Below, piece by piece: positions 61,401 through 64,000 of a DNA stretch of 64,000 nt. The notes beneath the pieces are model-generated. The model did not search any database and was not told where the DNA came from. It worked only from the letters and a program-made list of their open reading frames with translations. The translations under genes were made by a program, and so were the position numbers. This stretch comes from Polymyxa betae A26-41 (taxonomy: Eukaryota > Protista > Endomyxa: Phytomyxea): positions 62,001-126,000 of the forward strand of contig RBZT01000846.1 in NCBI GenBank assembly GCA_003693705.1, in the 5' to 3' direction. The stretch's first letter is position 1. Every line of letters starts with the position of its first letter.

Positions 61401-63321
61401 TCGTCGACAATGGCGATCTTCTTTCGATTAGATGATAGATCCAGACAGCGTATTGGTGCAGAATGTTGTAGAAGTTGAATCGGGAATTTATTGTCAATGA
61501 AGATCTGCATAACCGATCCATCACGTAATCCAATAAGCAATCCTTCAGCACCAGCAGGTCCACCAATCACCTGATACACTCAATAATGGATTATCAATTT
61601 GAGAGGCCAGACCTTGATATAGCGAATAATGGATTCAAAGACCCATTCACGTATTTTATCACCAGCAAACGAATACAGTTGTAATTTCTTCTCCTGACAG
61701 AGAACGACATTGCTGGATGTGACCACCAATAAATTGCATTGAAGTTCTTTAACAATCTTATCTGATAATCTATGAAAACAGTGTCCAAATTCATTTACTC
61801 ACAAATGCAATTGAATATGTTATCATACTTATAATGCATATCGAAATCATCAGTAGGTGATGCTTCATAAATTAATATTCGATCTTGTAATTGAATAGCT
61901 AATCTATCTTTATAAATAGCGATCTTCTTAACATAATCACGTGTGCGAATCCGAACCTGTTCATGAAGATGAGAGCAATGTGATAGAGCATCAGTAATGT
62001 AACCGACCTTCTGTTCTGATATCATATGTTGTATAATAACATCTGACATAGCTTCTCGATATGCATATCGATCTCTATATAGACCATGTACAGTATTAAA
62101 TACTAATTTATGCACCTCCAGTTCTCCTGCATACAAATTTACCTCATTAGTGACCAACAACGTATTAGATATGTAACGTGACAAACCTCCATTCGATGCA
62201 AATGCAAAGCATCGAGATTTAGGTCTTTGTTTGACTGTCCATATCCAATGTGCTGCTGATACAAGTACTGTTAAATATACACCTTCTCGTGTATATAGCT
62301 GCACTTCTTTATTCGAACCAGACACAAGCAGAAATTCCCCATTATTAAAGTGTTCAATGGCGCATGGATCAAACCCTATAGTTGAAGGTTACCTCCACCA
62401 GAGGACCAGTACGGCCCGTATCCTGACCTATATGTCTATCCTTCCATAACTGCTGTCCATTGATCTGATAGAACGATAATGTTTGATCCCAACATCCCAC
62501 AGCTAATGTTGATTGTCCTTCTGAGTTTGATGGCGACCATTGTAAACACCAGATAGGTTCATGCCGTTCTATTACACTTTTTTCATTACCCTACAATATT
62601 CATATTGATCACGTTAACAAGTTACACATCAATCCAGATTACAGACGGCGAACCTGTCGGTCGCGGATTGAGACATGGCCGTCGTACTGGCCTAGGGCTA
62701 GGTAGTTCCCGTCCGGCGTCCAGGATGCAGAGACGATTTTGCTAGATACTTTGTATTTATGGACAGCTGTGTATTGGGATTTAGAGATGTGCTTATAAGG
62801 GATATCTGTAAGATACCTTTCTGATCTGGTGACCATAACCCAAAATCACTTGCTGTACATGATGCTAGAATATGTTTACATGGATTATATGACTATGTAA
62901 ATATACACTGTTAATACTATGATAGAAAATATATGAAAGATGAATTACAAGACATTGAATAGTATCAGCATGAGAATATTTCAGTACTCCCTCACATGTA
63001 TCAGTCCAGATTATTACACAACTATCTGCACCACCAGATGCAAATCTACATCCATCAAATGAATATGCTACACAATATACTGTGGTCTTATGGCCTATCA
63101 TCAGATAAAGTTACATATCTCGAGATAGATGTTGCTGATCTATAATCACCTTTCAGTGAATGTATCAATTGCCCAGTTTCAGCATCATAAACTAGAACAC
63201 GAGATCCAATGGCTACTAACAAACGTGAAGCATCTGGTGAGAAATCGATGGAATATACAAGCGGAGGTAGTGAATCTCTCTCTGGGAGATCTTCAGCCCA
63301 GACAACCTGACTTCTGACCAT
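58472..63321 (-). CDS. IFT122: Intraflagellar transport protein 122 (IFT-A)
   Basis: [92 protein letters not shown]-terminal CPFCR. Confidence 0.95.
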
Positions 63322-63593
63322 ATATAATGATTATATGACATGTAGAGTATAGAGAAGAGAGAGACAGAGATAGAGAGGTATACTGTGCAGTATGTATCTA
63401 TTGACATGTCACATGACAATTAATGATACACATTATCTATACTACTATATATCATATTCATCATACAAGCCAATATTACATACAGAACATGTATTTAGTC
63501 CATACAACAAGTATTGCGCTAGTTAGACGCAGTCGCTCTCATTGCTTGATCTATTTGGTTTATTAATCAAAGAGACAGAGATCGCTCTCCGTC

Positions 63594-64000
63594 ATGCCCA
63601 ATATACGTACTAATAGGACCAAAGTTCCAGATGGATTCCATGTACTTCAGGATACACTCGATGAATTCGATCGACGCATGAGAGAGGCGGAACTCGAGCC
63701 TCATGACGGCAAGAAGAAGAACGAAGCTCTCTGTAATCTAGGCTTAAATCATGTTCTGGTCGTATTGAACTAACCATGTCTGGCCGTATCTAGGGCCAGT
63801 ATTTCGTATTAATCATGAGCGAACCAGGTATATATACGATATGTGGCTGATTCGGAACATTACCCGTCCAGTGTATGATTTCTGTATTCGTGAGAAATAT
63901 GCAGATGCAGGTCTAGTTGCTAAATGGAAAAAGGTTCTCATTCGCTCATGGTTCATTTCAAGTTCATTAATTTTATTTCATTATATAGCAAGGATATGAA
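63594..64000 (+). CDS. BUD31: BUD31/G10 spliceosomal protein (continues beyond window)
   Basis: MPNIRT...PDGF...[35 protein letters not shown]...YADAGLVAKWKK. Confidence 0.93.

Noticed and set aside
1-64000. CRISPR arrays, tRNA/rRNA genes, intact transposons, operon-like prokaryotic systems
   Set aside because: None seen; the sequence is intron-rich eukaryotic DNA, and many listed ORFs with TTG/GTG starts are exon fragments

Overview
Gene-dense eukaryotic nuclear DNA with about 30 protein-coding genes, many short (~45-65 nt) GT-AG introns and very short intergenic spacers. IFT122 and CCDC180 imply a flagellated stage. Compaction, intron size and gene content suggest a zoosporic protist, possibly a phytomyxid/plasmodiophorid rhizarian; this is inference, not tested. 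Recognisable genes: PRP38B-Tudor, GT60 GlcNAc-transferase, cyclophilin H, MCM10, two tandem mitochondrial carriers, PSMA6, NFU1, DOP1, ATP synthase b, PLRG1, CenH3, LSM1, a TMX/PDI-type thioredoxin, DEK-C/SWIB, FANCI-like, CCDC180, CDP-DAG synthase, MDH, IFT122 and BUD31. Most striking is an intronless gene (1401-2462) that fuses a bacterial-type glutamine synthetase N-terminal beta-grasp domain, with no catalytic domain, to a CDCA7-family zf-4CXXC_R1 zinc finger, a candidate nitrogen-metabolism-to-chromatin link. Other oddities: a TFIIB-like core lacking its zinc ribbon, a degenerate SET/polyQ protein, a PH-permuted NlpC/P60 fusion, a catalytically dead thioesterase fold, an unassigned ~270-nt structured GC-rich element, telomere-like motifs in introns, and short-period GC/AT oscillation. 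No tRNA, rRNA, CRISPR array or intact mobile element was seen. All alignments and splice models were done by eye, so exon boundaries and some starts are approximate.
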